Shown: piece by piece, positions 62,778 to 64,000 of the stretch
Layout of the letters: each line of letters opens with the position of its first letter
Numbering within the stretch: position 1 is the stretch's first letter
From: Antedon mediterranea
Lineage: Eukaryota; Animalia; Echinodermata
Direction of reading: 5' to 3'
Length of the DNA stretch: 64,000 nucleotides
Assembly: GCF_964355755.1 (NCBI RefSeq)
Contig: NC_092671.1
Span: 37,148,304-37,212,303 of the forward strand
Notes under the pieces: generated by a model
Seen by the model: only the letters and a program-made list of their open reading frames with translations
Told to the model about the DNA's origin: nothing
Database searches by the model: none
Program-made: the position numbers and the translations under genes

Positions 62778-63854
62778 CTGTAAAATACAATACAGTATTT
62801 TTTTCAGTTAGTGTAAACTATAAAATGTATTCCAGAAGGAAGGACAGAGTGTGAGGATGCTAACGTAACCTTAATGTTGGCTTTGAAGAGCAACCAACAT
62901 AAGGTACGGTAACGGTAACCTCTGCCAATTTACAAAAAAAAATATCTAAAACCATCACTGCTATAATAATACAAAGATGAACAAATATATACATAATGAA
63001 TGTTTCTGAGTTGAATGGGGTATTATTTTAATGATTTTAAAAATTGAGGTGGATCCAAGATGAATTCTGTCACGAATAGAACATTCGTTATTTGCTTCAT
63101 AACCGTCACAGATTGTCTAACAACTTTTATTCAATTTCATGTATTGTAAATGGTGACACCACGCAGTAGATATCAAGTCGGATTTCACAAATATAACCCA
63201 ATCTATCGTATCGAATACAATTATAAAAATGTTTACACAAAGCTAAAAATAGTGGCCTACAATAGTAGGGCCTACCTTCAATTGTTAAAATGAGAGAAAA
63301 TAATACATGGCTGGATATGATACAAAAGATATTATCCATGTGTGTTATAATACACATTGTATTTTTAACCTTATTTTGATTATAGAAAATGTTATGACTT
63401 ACTTTGAAAATGTTGTAAACTTCGAAAGACTGTAAATATTCAGACGAACCTTCTACTTGTGTTCCTGCTGTATGTTGTGTATTAGACAATGTAACTTCTG
63501 GCATTCAAATATTGTTATTGAACGTTCTTTCATCTAGCCTAGTAGACTGGAAAGGTGAACCGTATACTTCCGATCAGTTATTTCCTGATGTCCCTGTTAA
63601 GTACCAAGTACCTTGATAATATAACATTTTATTTAGAAAATCAGATTAGTGAGTTAATAAAACTTCTATGTTTGCTCTTTTGCGCAAATTTGAAGTTGAC
63701 CCGACCTTCCGGCACGGTTCCGGTGAATCGAACATCAATGTTTTGTTTTCACGACGCTCCTCGCGGCTTTGGGCCAATCGATTTTCCAGATGTGAACCTT
63801 TAGTGGTATTGCACAATGTAAGGTACCAAGTTCATTGCAATATACTTATTATAA

Positions 63855-64000
63855 TCTATATTATAAGTGAGAGAGTTTGTCTGTCTGTTTGTTTGTCTGT
63901 TTGTTCGTTATACAAAATTTTGTTACTGCACATAATCTTACATATGGGGTATCAAAATGACCGCAATTGTACCGGGAATGTTCTAAGCTATATTTCAACA
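63855..64000 (+). mobile_element. Probable 5' end of a Helitron-like element, truncated by the window edge
   Basis: A|TCTATATTATAAG followed by a (TGTC/TGTT)n microsatellite, at the point where homology to unit 2 stops. Confidence 0.5.

Larger units (their letters stand above)
57020..63845. repeat. Segmental duplication unit 3 (COPS8 last intron/exon + TRIM gene + upstream region)
   Basis: Colinear with ~27570-34185 plus 49771-49855. Confidence 0.85.

Overview
AT-rich eukaryotic (marine-invertebrate-like, inferred) genomic DNA with spliced genes. From left to right: (1) the 5' part of a DUF229-family gene on the minus strand, head-to-head with a JNK-interacting protein 1 (JIP1/MAPK8IP1-like; SH3+PTB) gene; (2) a 7-exon COP9 signalosome subunit 8 (COPS8) gene whose introns are full of nested non-autonomous transposons, including a Helentron-like element carrying tRNA-Val-like copies; (3) three tandemly duplicated TRIM-NHL genes (RING, B-box x2, coiled coil, filamin, NHL) with uninterrupted CDSs, whose NHL surface residues look hypervariable. 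The most striking feature is a ~15.6 kb Mutator-like DNA transposon (34186-49770) inserted in the 5' UTR exon of the first TRIM copy. Its 2.4-2.9 kb inverted ends are mostly arrays of a ~90-bp unit containing a perfect 16-bp-stem palindrome. It holds one 16-exon gene that, by my manual splicing, encodes a ~1249-codon fusion: CaRF-like zinc/DNA-binding domain, MULE DDE transposase, SWIM finger, Ulp1/SENP (C48) SUMO-protease-like domain and PHD finger, with one in-frame stop in this copy. All exon models and family assignments were made by eye and were not database-verified.
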